Shown: positions 36,701 through 38,177 of the stretch, piece after piece
Layout: each line of letters starts with the position of its first letter
How positions within the stretch are numbered: the first letter of the stretch is position 1
Assembly: GCA_040182905.1 (NCBI GenBank)
Contig: JARQWU010000072.1
Location: forward strand, 1 to 38,177
Length of the DNA stretch: 38,177 bases
Source of the DNA: Barthelona sp. PAP020
Lineage: Eukaryota
Reading direction: 5' to 3'
Program-made: the position numbers and the translations under genes
The notes under the pieces: generated by a model
The model's database searches: none
Seen by the model: only the letters and a program-made list of their open reading frames with translations
What the model was told of the DNA's origin: nothing

Positions 36701-38177
36701 GGAAAATAGGAGACCTTCTAAAAATAACATTTTTAGTATGGACAGTTGTTGAGGAATGAACATACAAAACAGCAGAAAATATAACATCATCAAACATAAC
36801 TTGACCAGTTCCACTGACTTCAACTTGATTTTTGGCACCATCGAGATATAATAAAGATATATTTTGCTTGTATCCAACAGCAGGAGCAAATTTCAACTTA
36901 CCGTTGTCACGAATTAATATTTTAGTTGACCAAAGATCAGCATCCTTCAAAAATTGAATAACTGCAGCATTTAGCAATTCTAAACCTGAACCAGCAAAAT
37001 TTATTGAATAATCTTTGAAATTTACATCAAAAGAAAGTGTAATAGTACTTTCCATGTTGATGAAACCTCTATTTTCAAATAAGTCTTGCTTAGACGATGA
37101 TGAAACAGTCAAACCAGTCATAATTGTAAGAATGTGAGAATTGATGAAATGAATTCTCTCATTTGCATCAGCAGAATAAACAATTGCATTATAAATTTCA
37201 AATATGCATTGATTCTCCAGAGTCAAAGATCCATAAAGATAAATGTTATAACCAGAAGAAACACCACTAAATGAATCGCCAACAAAAGTAACATAGGCAT
37301 CTTGATAACCATAAATACGAACATGAGAAGCAAAAATAGGGGTTTTCAATTGTAATTCACCCCAAACATACAAATAACCATTCAAAAACTTGATAGAAAT
37401 ACTATCATTCAAATCATAAGCATACATCTTTCCAGAAAGTTCAGTTGTGACAAAGAATTTGCCGAAATCAACGTTGAGGCTGTCTGTTGAATAAGTTTCA
37501 CCAATAGAGGTATTTGAATAGTGATTATAAATAACTGCTTGTCCGTCAATATCTAAGACAGAACCCGCTTCTAACTCATAATCACCATAGAATCTATCTA
37601 TTGCACTTCCTTGAATTTGATAAAGACCAGTACCTTTCAAGAAAGATCCAGGATAGTTATAACCGGGTGTAGCATAACGACGATAAAAACTAGAATATAT
37701 TGTAAAATTACCATAGTTATGGAAAGAATTGTCAGAATATGCAATATTTTCAACTACAGTAAAATTACCATAATTGATAAGATGAGCATCACAATGGAAT
37801 GAACTATAAGTTTCAACGATTCCATAATTAACAAATTTAAAGTCTTCTTCACTTCCACTTCCCGAAAACAGATATAATTGAACAGTCTTTTTAACAATCA
37901 TAATGTTCAAATTGTTAATAACAGTATCATAAAGGTATATTGTAAAACTGTAGGATTTAACATTCCAAATAGCCTTATTCATGATATCAGTGGAAGAGAA
38001 GAAAGTAGAATCATAGAAGTAAATTTCTGCATCTTCTTCGAAATATAATTCAGCATGATGGGGCATTTTAACTTTGAGAGTAGCTTCAGAGTTAATATAT
38101 CCATCCAACCAAATATATTTCAAAATATGTAACTCTCTGAAATGAATGTATGAATTAGCCATGTATAAACGGCCAAT
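6738..38177 (-). CDS. Giant single-pass type I membrane protein (>10,479 aa, 5'-truncated by the window) with beta-solenoid-like repeats, EGF-like, LamG-like, PSI and FRAS1/FREM2-like domains
   Basis: A stop-free frame of 31.4 kb. Upstream of the track's ATG (38162) the frame reads ATT GGC CGT TTA TAC to the window edge, and MANSY... is not a signal peptide, so the true start lies outside the window. There is one 23-aa hydrophobic helix followed by RRRNKK, and many N-x-S/T sequons N-terminal to it. Confidence 0.93.
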   Translation of the reverse strand: MGRLYMANSYIHFRELHILKYIWLDGYINSEATLKVKMPHHAELYFEEDAEIYFYDSTFFSSTDIMNKAIWNVKSYSFTIYLYDTVINNLNIMIVKKTVQLYLFSGSGSEEDFKFVNYGIVETYSSFHCDAHLINYGNFTVVENIAYSDNSFHNYGNFTIYSSFYRRYATPGYNYPGSFLKGTGLYQIQGSAIDRFYGDYELEAGSVLDIDGQAVIYNHYSNTSIGETYSTDSLNVDFGKFFVTTELSGKMYAYDLNDSISIKFLNGYLYVWGELQLKTPIFASHVRIYGYQDAYVTFVGDSFSGVSSGYNIYLYGSLTLENQCIFEIYNAIVYSADANERIHFINSHILTIMTGLTVSSSSKQDLFENRGFINMESTITLSFDVNFKDYSINFAGSGLELLNAAVIQFLKDADLWSTKILIRDNGKLKFAPAVGYKQNISLLYLDGAKNQVEVSGTGQVMFDDVIFSAVLYVHSSTTVHTKNVIFRRSPIFQSSDSILIMGAGSDFNYIDYTHSVGQIRFETKRNNEEVKKAPSFTLNSGILFIGSGITLQVDGDMIVKSNGFAGTGSLTVGGDFEQNIALTIPYEKFVVKNVTLKTGDITLASNTVFTINGNFTDYRTDTSDRNIGVASRTSKIIVSPTGSILFSSNGHIKFLSPVENRGLIKSQGTVKMYLRGVFDSNYADSSNGTFETNYLDVGGDANTYPHFTCNDCSIIADTIKVNAGFINFIGTIAVNLNSEVYVSGGGSLRFHVDVDYIKGYHDTTLNSEIRDMCGIVCYGNITLTNVIVTDLLTLQSVNGEVTTLFDMSKSLVLKGPGTVVQKGLWAVPDTSTVYFRGIRLVWFHSVFNLKTISVGWDDFATSEIVFDLDTTFVYPVTVTNNNYDFRIKVNEGIIVALTGASDYNHASWVNLGTITLSASFSGEFGDIVYNNGTISQDGSSASTVFTTVMNYGTLDVSSGFGNVHNFGTLNLIAGKSANIIYFANYGELRFTLASVGTLITSTVTYLRGGKIYVDYSSGTLNSVVSLIKADHIYGDFESIVFSGSPYLSEFYMRDTYDHLKVGIDYCEGGVTTASAPCNCASVSRAGGVCQYAVNCASGNYIDATSLQCICSGDNSGSLCSSTDSNVLTHTLSALPSSGSSIWDSGMQPRSKDDVVISTVPASGETATFEHNIYANTMTITSAGTVELGKYSSIHVTTLSCTSSTMIIHGTVFADILNIDSCTITGEGSFVSKKATKLVVDIQTSHLSFVFNDNAITFDNIAVTVADPGYDSYSVFAIFGKATHQSGTFKFDGSISSSIIPRLTIIGELSIAKVDPLEVILASTVVVGKLSIATDQSLSIYPFLDIPCGSVEFTKDLTISFSTGTGWIRWLDSFIGSGSAKLILADSHNTFNQLSNFDIEATGDQSLFIREINNYSGDIWMNRVTGTDTDQRHLTIVCSNETYTIPGAVKIDSKFSYYPIGIKFDNLDLATTALPLYLQRIDANTLTISERGTANYDFINFLPSLDVGLSIFAESFYITSNWVVGDLSSTWDKVMIHTTDFNIGGTTTTILGTALEIYTENFNNVASEHIEIREPVIYVDSLLDADSDSMAIANLITKETSFEILKNVSFVGDSDLNLNDAVFNVGETVIIDHPVIMKNVTFNGDGNLLTNDTHDFTVYDVNISVPLTLHSGSHFTCLYGGYCYMDEVVASSSTFTIETSDFTVKKLNISSLSIVGMAGSLELEFVHIEEINLEGVLTLQNVILNVTTLQLGGSSGIVLDNAQINVVNVQPLPSCVDCSVGINPSLADSLTSLITFINSGILSVDLEINIPLHFNDSFTIESDGSIQASSITYLYGAVLLEGSVNFVAGTNGLFVLKDSGSLTGTGSFGINTHLSYFYGTLDFEGTFTFSGSEIITFTRKSSWISHATTVLDLSGVVLVVEKDTEVLVANVLLKSTSRIINDGTIEANQITINDGFIVGDGRFFTHGGSIEVTGVFVLNSRLSIGGVFSWIAGSFVIGDSLAYSNSSIYVKSAGTFRDLCSTYDEISGYGFIDVSGIFHKDTSVDSDSFTTINVRTYGSGEIISGISGAVEGASFSFINEFVFDGTVTVYDKLYFNSTAGILQNIRGTVQSVSGSSLICLDNTLELTGTTNIVGSVIQEGGSFKFDLNSPNFGSGSILIKKGCFEVVSPIVAGSLNIETDGCLSGVESFTVQSMAIIHGTLTGTGSVVVGASALVSMKQNATIDGATIINNGELKFDGGNTTCVDGTIINLNDITFSTIEDTNIFDDSTTGVCIIYNHDTITSDTVNVDIGMSIIQKGTLAITSGELTLSGVDSEIHNIITVDGELHIINDISFLNTSSTTGTGLIRFISGEVSFSGSSTVFLYIEGAKLITDAETNIAQDINVIDGELDCNGYCQLDSVILNGGTVIAANTEVVSLEWRKGNFEEIGKIKIDDMLIITSDEKKITTKVLEITNSLTITDAIFNCSDASITVNSDASGTFSGTSLILSDFVSNAPTCQFINYGSIVNSDGTNNETKQIQWEFVNYGSFVSHDYLIFSGIISQGDSGSIYSDGKIELAANGVSTGSFVVEGTEILFTKGNWVFEGDVFSCNNTCVFKELCEDTSSTLEINSVFEIDNTMLLYGNGTLIINHDNSFIGVEINGINTVLEISVYKEVVFADVTFTQGTINIDGVFNVSNSLTMEQGLVTGNGICNVHGTFDLITEIVKDFEFVAFNIYAVTTLVDGHIHLGESVSFVVVSEGSLLCNKDNSSVYTNSGEKGTLYVEGTMTIAVSDLFNISCIVRSSGTITISSGSTVYQLESLYLEDNTLLVESGAELHIGGLFEVEFGSTLGIEGTVDFNNVGNLILNGHFVANMDIYFFDNSQFTLNEEGTYDSVFAVNNKLVFSNYSVFTLANTKTNVMPCVIEENAKLIIEYGYFASFYDLHVYGTVQTRGTFNTTYDSTVTFYGGSVWTRIIPSYVSAQWYDSNYWYQFHTFYGVLNFVNGTASLDDRIVISTFTKAHIENFNTYRVSTSDDTHLVSYGLLEIDCSISDCYLQLHLRLNYNVTLVKTGSYELYSSFSNLWLPMTQVDFDILDGNNDWNTFPVVNVLNGTMKLDYLYTTEDSYYCFFSFYIETNSTLIFTSVIHFGLDANVSGNGTIVMDTGSGTQVSSAYPDSQLRGNWNFTGELIQKSGYTSIEYNYFNRNCTNVEPYYCIGTKINIESLASKLYVQGGVLRLRGEFVKGVLPTTIMTGGTLRLTNENSMSSVFVFGENSVFQDCTIYDNWWSTLTHTASYMNPGNNSVVQRISGDVPFRIESGYSSLYGDFGATGFSFFVEKNGILTINETVTVHNIDNQGTVYLYATLKLYRRVGSSYGTFFAMNDVVLQLLGYDDQRVHDRATITNTIFNVQENKTLTFNFDIYRMVHNKGTDDWTSYLQNVTIAGETNSTLIFYNQNYLRIWGITTENTTVVLQNTKLIIYPEDQWVKGDVIIDENSQLYVMGNETLGGGFDSIIVKGNFLPHDNAFVRTLVMSNDSSSTPAISGKANVIIENFDFRYGKVEYEVDATIVVNGSMILDTDETKSFISGRIVLNETANSTFINGQLIGSRLELINYGIFNVDPILDVFTSGSNPVTLINHGDINIKGNNYTVEMNLVIENYGSLTKSNESLAVFNNGGLTNHKNGTIYINNGHLIFRGGITTFDGYLVGTIDTGLNISLIFESTAIVYILPDAILEMNEVVVSFNNVLSGIYGSFISIHDDLIIFESGVHYLYTSNFTNSHTILVSGGDVLFAYEFAPSIHLAGGRLLSIVSSVVFNESMLFEYGIIDSTGEIIFNQTVSFVSDSYDWNNTEYETLLFDQQSVVVISEHCTTTIDGGNITLNDATIKVQGSLVFINGTSQMLSSESFGKVQVLEGGSIVLDPSDEASYFGMNIYNEGYVNKTNPITSTVLRGQFNNKNIFKVKGVLYLESIGQTTGTTIIEAGANIIVTSINFKVIAPAFLNGTGIMSVDGDGYLTVSSDVEHVNINGFSVYNGTFDTKCKLFEVSELNIYGGLLQCSKGLSLTSMLFENGNITGVGKIIVNNDATIQTDGVKYISAAQLIFEDSTVNFAGGDVIINERGSMEVAKNAIFNVNSAVGSIGTNEGVEGRFINKGIVNFVDTDDFSISAEMLNRYESECNLADSHIVILGDNNYNTSTIYIDADSTFEVRDGDHDFDRNTTITGEGIFLVNGSYVSMLCNVTLSAEGLFQVSSGDVVLKPGYTQTDAAFLLEDGSVIFKGEIVKPFVIPSISITGGKMQVDAHLTTDNITLIGDGTFQVSGTTVVNEDVTQDDNATQSGSGLIDIFGDFAFTGGYISGLGSTYVRENLVISSTHYKLMDQRILLANERVEWYSGHIHGQNDAYFIISNLTSMYMGSVSLLKNTGKATFSNSGNVTKSDYPIEVLVDYDSKTMCLSPLFALYDVDTDVGSYTFDSSVGLHSVGKQIAIEASHALLFGSEFSIGWTFIFDNESIVNTTFGMESAIEISIYCEEYGVNCTIDAKIWTEETSIHLTGQTNDYLADNYVNITFVDDFIPIMVVYNSSLVLLSVNGTTVDYASCVGTISEVTNLFVVANSDVNVTLKNFAIFDTSISLTDVHNYGNDTINTDNLVGFVDFTTNLDDEPFMAIGNCDSMYPASAETNWMPNEKVSRSRIEWSIENIENFTIINGTSQLVGGGYSQGLLAAEETGVIEFGQEKLYTTGGKIVAKGKGIEISSGVQDIDAMEAEIVVSGSAVVNLQPSSCGLDRTGVDLVIDGGTVNVERPLLDSENCFTIKSLRMYNGTLNVQGNLLILNSANISSPTAYIVLDSGVITSQTFTNFSEGSIMGSGDFKVDGDTDWINGKVLDSVTFTNLGNLNFSSEADKVINCRKFINYGYMDYDEGNLVILGSTGIVNYGSFFVTKPEASLSIPDNSTAFLQNRGQFRLAPGGNISLGIFLDNYGTFEIRDNTHIHISGNSAYNGILDMDESSSFIFEEGTATFSSGMVIKGNGSLLINGTSLITKATFNITDGASVDIYNGTVYFMPPFNFIGDCILSLYGGTLDFAGSDNEDPFQLVATNIFDGDLNIKSPVELSGGLNITNGSVSITAGYLKSYGSIIFEGGYISGLGDIEAVGDFIWKGGEMVGFGRTITSGTLFINSVGTLTWSQRSIVCNGDFDWSSGNINVTNDGSLTISNEGRIISHVGGDIYMSGNFQVNGTLIMNGSINIYAPLILYGTIEQNDGVLGLKKSAQIHGSIDMAAGTSIEIRDAMLIFEKNCTITGQGVISTELANVFVKGSITGNELRIDDGNLYVEGGAELNTCANGVIINDGIIDVITSDNGNTVTLCKVIQNNGILKIAFGITVYSQSYTMNSGSISQQGDLIASNAIDLVTGSVDGAGLLKSEGTFNLDNVTISGLDGRIVVLGTATFSDKDHLIEYRSVEVADATIAGSIIFDYGASLINNGEVTFTNEIVIMDKKSNVLAASVNNLGIWNIDTYLDLKVTSTINNVVKFALGAKLRFESDVQISGTLSPTNGGDVYYVSFESGAFSIRNTATLTNGEYVINGTAVGTVACDFVDIHGFNFNADDDSTVLSLEADISFTPTSTELVIDNGEVQLIKDASKRYVALPVVHLNNDVKLKLNRDAYGSAITVNVNDNAIVEALERTIFDVTTFNQNSGLVDGPLGTIIADTYNFYGGYQNGTGFTKATNFNFLTTAAKYIERNIQTDGSGSVMDWKVGNIELCGSGSIKISQDTTFNIESDSSIQLIGNSECVGCQFKIYGEVHLVSANNVIITGLISTYIENMLAVDLGSLSLNTGTITSVNAGGSFVVEGGADLSVIGGTLYLEEGGSLESAGAVTINSIHDDSYMKGEVTLTAGSFELIAKNLKLFDSCTFTNPTIPLEINGADSNLLIMESSNVTIGSLTLTAGYFEPRADMSVGILTLTNGVVSQDVVEMSVVNITSKLNVDSPTISKNITILSSVDVEYLLSANPSISEGSIVIMKNSITLRNGVVIDCGISSTDNCSFIFDTSSTVTISQNLALNTQGHSVIYMNGVVEQNGGVIVAGHIEINGDCDLTGGTFQFTQNSTITGSIDVLSATVEYYSGTHILETDGTIVCDGTGISMKNADTLVVSKGQWTLNSGCTFEMNNGLFQAIDGTSIVNPNQPLVVQTPAKMLFDSVEAGSYHSIDKLVIDDGTVEVVGDLVVSNTLELINGRLEGVGNITTDVFKWGATSSDNPIIEGSAALYVENQLYVYDSPLQLSGFEIVIELNSNVDGSVVTAVNGGSLTIGGDATIDISSLTFIADGNSYFTNKGTMTVSVAADIQGLKNEGSLSVSNGASLELSKNSIVDGIVLIDGEVTFDTGNHSIVSSAQITVNDPGYILVKNSSTVFDGRLVVVDSNRLLFSTSPTFEIGPHAVFSSAPIVTSNNVKVVVGDYSADGFDKVTLKNFEIVDGTMLSCEGNCDTDAGTTIVLNGGTLEIHDEMTINSLSTLQVKANSNINGTGKLIVYGEVTFDEDPVFLETRLDIMANAEVTVLAAGVLHLAKQGIVYQPTDEEFKIIGSLITDIHPSAPTGVYHIDRITISEGSITVSLNGKIETNYLEISGGSILLDDEIQLQDKLEIMGGSLTGVKPIVGPYEFLVTGGNYVEISCNLELLAGAKAAITDGEVHAKLGFVLTNPSGVPLQINGPNAVLIFEDTGDNSNYTVYSIQQTNGNVTLSNRLNVQGDYVMTGGVLVVKEELDITGSFTLNRDVTTSPKILDSGNINVNGHMYWKYGTLSGKGRLLTVGGNFIQQGMLSLEDDPKILVLGNFEVEDGYTISKDNATIEIGEGGSFTISSSQDYRVGDTTDSNQNLLKINNGSLNIDSTKRVYFNWPFESTGDVLCNYGTVFFSNTTTEGQWVVEAACTITLRNGNHSLRGDNATIYGAGSVILESDMYMYAPIGLTNPIRGFQVKSGRLFCYEGMYCSGVLSQTGGEIYFDPLTGDATYNITILKLSGPGTSYLTSVQIKDELIIEDGTLSVPEYLNTPKLSLRGGSIVNVGLIEVTDTLEFTAGILRDNLTFLTENMNVYGDINIYGYPLIEVNSSYVHQSGTFNVESGLIHIVGGEHSETVFQLSSSTNLKGEQNILDVQGSLSIEAAVDFNVEWNFIIQNTSSCSMGAVVLNHLNITTNGLVNIMSSCSFSLIDGNHTIGENGTIYGEGTLQINDGNTTIAGNVSLIQKARGFIISGGNVSFANGFVSVGYLKQYDGDILFTPGNYSTDVFTSLAGSVSFSNVDNVTLAVNDLTVSTNWYLNEKTLISVGNTFAWNDGISGLGTIRVEAGATCEPGFESLSETSIILDGIMTIPRGVFNIEDGAMIYVAENGELTANDGTVIIPESGFGLSNNGNLIISGEVSIGGLVSEGNITFISGKLTLTNSSKVGGNLELDTFSLLQFGNGNHNISFQISGGSVSIDNEDAVVYVEDVYVISSSWILQSGTVKQVARPSDVTHLPFMQMFGGRYELVEGEFTHAIGSLAVQGGHVQINSDTEFIHSFNISGGVINGTSKIVSGYLLLEEGEITVANEIHVLNQLDVSITTPLILDGMTLFNNGTMNWEKGMIKAKSGQIHNYGSVLITGEEAGFYADYLGPAFINNGSVVKTSSGEMTIAGLKHMGTLQMNGGSIRLTNTSDLDSGDIELNFGASLVFASGTHSLLSTLGGDGTGAVLIDEDYGTTTTAAIDSILTVSMIQLTKGTLNLYHNSTKTSSDNIIVQIDDGILHMYNDGDSGTFGRFYQNGGTVFFHANVSVSDFYVSGDRIVADGFVDSTGTIFFESGIIEGNGGLIGESRLQVADVGPILRPAYFNCSLGIMVRDGGELFIEKPLVFYPETPILVNDGVIHFKNDTTYTIGTLTIFGSNTYIEDDTIVNATNIKLRSGSLIENNGSINVNDTFYGEGGSLNSTGFITADTYTWSDGSINGPTLITVNTFDIEGGAEKKLSQNTIVHVNTSVDWKAGLLRLHQNSSIVCLENCQIDIEGSTCSSDLDDDSFIYNYGTMMKTTSSTITSKNIINHGGIVHSVGTWIFDGVMLHFGNAQFITSTQFIGVEHKFFNGAQFTWTSGIPVTDTKLTFVEGNWTISEPLWFSSSVLSLENGASLNNTLQKTIVTSDLTLNVTANVSDTISHLDYLKISTSGKAYVDAPLYVDKCVFDNGELYISSILVCKNLEWAQTEVVGTLNKGTVNVTDDFVFTTSYDHVLSGNATMNIDVLEFTWSQDDIILNDYSKFVICDNTTLKLTKDYPKFTTSNNSYVIVYGVIDKESEGDLNMQHVVMYGELNINSGDFKINGGSEVTGDITISEETNLVIDGDGVVLKEMNITVGSNAEFIIDSSDILLENCTINCGILILKSDTVLTLKNTKINTSTIVNEDGNPVKIVCLAGSCVIDVDYLNVTNGLQLNKTVLNIDYYFKWYKENIVFTDYSEINVLINGTFDVLTTNEYGIIQFDEDSKLNVYGVMIHTTNVKTVLNCSTDFYGIVEILQGQLDIIYQNEPVNFHNNLTFGSEAHFSVSKKGKVHIKSGNDLNVNGWMSVNDDAELRIERNLKFGLKSMKINGGKTYFDTEHIVENSGAPVKVNIPCADYDTTIDRRDVSAWNGYCNGKGVFFQQITNDALPNHSYMTSLYISSGMVTVDENMSFIELVLENTGVLFVPDASTNITLTSGNYKRDDGLFVGTGIIELWNGECTPDSCVCDYGFDGLDCGKDCESMKTQDECVAYSFCGWCNSSTTCLLANLDGTPRDEVCDDWYYLVSDTCEGVESDIPTTMEEPTITINFDDETWDLEIIVDTPYIRGGFYALDFELYVPSGRTVKEANNCENRDRSLLESISLNKFGTTAPAADMRYAINSLVYPSYSTPGQYWTLTNTSCSEIRYTGHFTFDEFAACRGLRSDLLLDVAVFNNTPVIDYYSDFSVSVVKFYGSTVKADEVKHSFTESLQFETFFNYELISLQLCESGVCNDMQEDDDIYVSLEILSFGIIQDPEGSGYSPLVVWRTTLPVQTDKNMYSLFNGTADCASLSNEFEILRYGKQTAMLNVDVVQMATKNDSWVSYPHHLISDDYKVIWKVAECPDNAITSQLCNNETGKTVELKYKITKTKSSSFDDVTSSGLGMLFYGPELTADFVKFNLLNNNVGPYTTGTTIQAKSFVTVSSLYANDKVDAGETIVTYVKNFWVCWNDDNKIPIYDGTSNMGCEDAKYSYKLIVNRNIQLSALSPEKVELEEFTVESLNSDLDSLGAYEVISFNAPELSVTQLIFVHSEIVVEVEDVVVTTKNIIQPVQVVGSVFVEQPSVVEEELPIMTIVLAALIPTLIVLICVIVWLRRRNKKEPPKKKTFDLLGNSQLLASLANLPQPKEGQAEPPMLHAVRTLSTLIKTASKAGLQEVAATGEGNMADEDGTNLQDFFSKLIGDEDDIDDTMTDTMTVRSDEEEVKEMKVKETFNAMLDEATFDKSDEDISENEQVDDFDLLEKETKVKPSKSKDTAASTANLLQSLMTPMDVEIGKDAKFTVEDSDDDIVDEDVDLSSVMTVVECYELLSNVKNAVHSNKSFELEYKELELLASLYNNIMQYGAVLDSREEKVWGDIVGMVNRHKNANLPMIESSLKIESSDLKSILKYLYVDLENGHLSSIIDPQMSSIAVGFTIAIRCGANVGLHKNTAPDLHKHLQTLPSYVFTAEHAEVLSLVSSAIDFNAVFTTEQSECAVEMIQRASIPDLKNIDLSIKSIADKLSKAHEDNKTITLSESETDKCVQALCNVPVSEMTPEEAGCAAEIMINSNTGDDLVLPPLECLYVSSLLNKHNELLLDLYNLTRYTKDVNDASTLASQFNFETTEAVIQEHKSKFAVNFEETIRKLKQAVDLSIPASLVSEEAQLCYEQIEIEIPSAEEKEVIDKLKNCIKSQNPVLLSRINASILLEMLSFDDVDKNFVLPLTLGPKKLDFLVKLLNVINPFDLFKNERDILKELEVGYTALMHGDMEEFEINPQDEDLIKSLVGKNCNVVSNVCNDLISGHEVDSEVLENIVAIINTSCLDNISEKEKKCLDDLTQLMTNTVLASTFVKLVTTASKPTRLTEDPYLEEERFIIDIDRVCHLNKLFKVLKNVELTAVDKEILYLFKNAATDNVELQLTGKQQKNLDIVIEKIPDPILAFINHYSSKIEIGLPEIIPVNRIEAIEYFLSCLVKKSWSEMNLTVHQEIAGSVDASRPYAIPQMKLDSLINLLKSLLKENFASPSQEIETPRKPSFERELDSILKSVIAELQFAKENNTTVSLTLIKYKRIDNVFREWVPVIISNFDFNVIAKIRQFCDSQIVGELTEQEAVALHSMLITYLEYIGQTLDEEEEEKETPDTVFVQPSQTEETVSSVSETNENNPILEADAKKTLKEQRKDVEAMELDVNIEIHQTGQLQEADDDDTPRKRRGKTQDTAANSFLSALNTDSASAAANKGKKKRRRRRKNAKDEDDQDFPDLDL
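10176..10244 (-). other. Single transmembrane helix of the giant protein (aa ~9307-9329)
   Basis: IMTIVLAALIPTLIVLICVIVWL is preceded by acidic EEE and followed by RRRNKK (positive-inside rule). Confidence 0.92.
10290..11830 (-). other. Membrane-proximal ~510-aa beta-rich domain resembling the FRAS1/FREM2 C-terminal region
   Basis: SCSEIRYTGHFTFDEFAACRG, YTTGTTIQAKSFV, VKNFWVCWNDDNKIPIYDGTSNMGCEDAKYSYKLI and LIFVHSEIVV occur in the order of motifs recalled for the FREM2/FRAS1 juxtamembrane region. Confidence 0.55.
11862..12080 (-). other. EGF-like module followed by a PSI (plexin-semaphorin-integrin) domain
   Basis: NGECTPDSCVCDYGFDGLDC is followed by CESMKTQDECVAYSFCGWCNSSTTCL...C..W.....C, containing the CGWC PSI signature. 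Confidence 0.82.
12300..33300 (-). repeat. Protein-level tandem array of diverged ~250-280-aa repeats (about 20-25 recognisable copies)
   Basis: A recurrent (W/F)xxGxIxGxG...WxxGxI...F.N.G..K...N.G.L.V..G motif set occurs at roughly 740-840 nt spacing (e.g. ~30917, 30133, 27575, 26780, 26045, 25202, 23620, 22790, 21975, 21128, 17888, 17053, 16287, 15547, 14362). No nucleotide-level identity was apparent. Confidence 0.7.
24198..24947 (-). other. LamG/concanavalin-A-like (pentraxin-like) domain in the giant protein (aa ~4406-4655)
   Basis: Motifs EFSIGWTF, FIPIMVVYNSSLVLLSVNGTTV, TNLFV, VTLKNFAIFDTSISLTDVHNY and DNLVGFVDF parallel the LamG-type consensus (FTxxxW; WxHVxxTYDG..LYVNG; G.IDEVRIYxxALS..EI; GLVGYW.F). 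Confidence 0.68.
34821..34982 (-). other. Tandem EGF-like Cys-rich modules in the giant protein (aa ~1061-1114)
   Basis: CEGG...PCNCASVSRAGGVCQYAVNCASG...QCICSGDNSGSLCS contains two CxC-x(5-6)-G-x2-C units. Confidence 0.7.

Noticed and set aside
7249..37802. About 50 short ORFs (60-170 aa) overlapping the giant ORF on both strands
   Set aside because: These are antisense or shifted-frame shadows expected from strong codon bias. None has a recognisable motif.
38160..38162. ATG at 38162 as the start of the giant protein
   Set aside because: The frame stays open to 38177 and no signal peptide follows, so this is probably an internal Met.
644..38177. Alternative genetic code or stop-coupled TAAA polyadenylation signal
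   Set aside because: All six genes end in TAA and the 31-kb ORF contains no in-frame stop codons, consistent with the standard code. Only three of six stops read TAAA, which is unremarkable at this AT content.
1..38177. CRISPR arrays, transposons, rRNA, nucleotide tandem repeats, or a bacterial origin of the contig
   Set aside because: None seen. Spliceosomal introns and eukaryote-type genes flank the giant ORF, which has similar base composition.

Overview
AT-rich, very gene-dense eukaryotic (protist-like) DNA. It uses the standard genetic code (all six genes end in TAA) and has spliceosomal GT-AG introns. The first 6.4 kb holds five compact genes: an RIIa-type dimerization/docking domain fused to a catalytically degenerate 5'-nucleotidase-like body, NAC-beta (BTF3), two-intron RPL18 transcribed divergently from BTF3, an MBOAT lysophospholipid acyltransferase, and prefoldin subunit 5. 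The remaining 31.4 kb is one uninterrupted minus-strand ORF that is still open at the window edge (>10,479 aa). It encodes a giant single-pass type I membrane protein. The ectodomain (>9,300 aa) is built mostly from highly diverged ~250-280-aa Gly/Asn/Ile/Val beta-solenoid-like repeats resembling those of bacterial giant surface proteins. It is punctuated by EGF-like modules, a LamG/concanavalin-like domain inserted inside one repeat, an EGF+PSI pair and a membrane-proximal domain with FRAS1/FREM2-like motifs. A TM helix follows, then an ~1,145-aa cytoplasmic tail with an unrecognised helical repeat and a polybasic NLS-like C-terminus. All domain calls are from motif recognition by eye; no searches were run.
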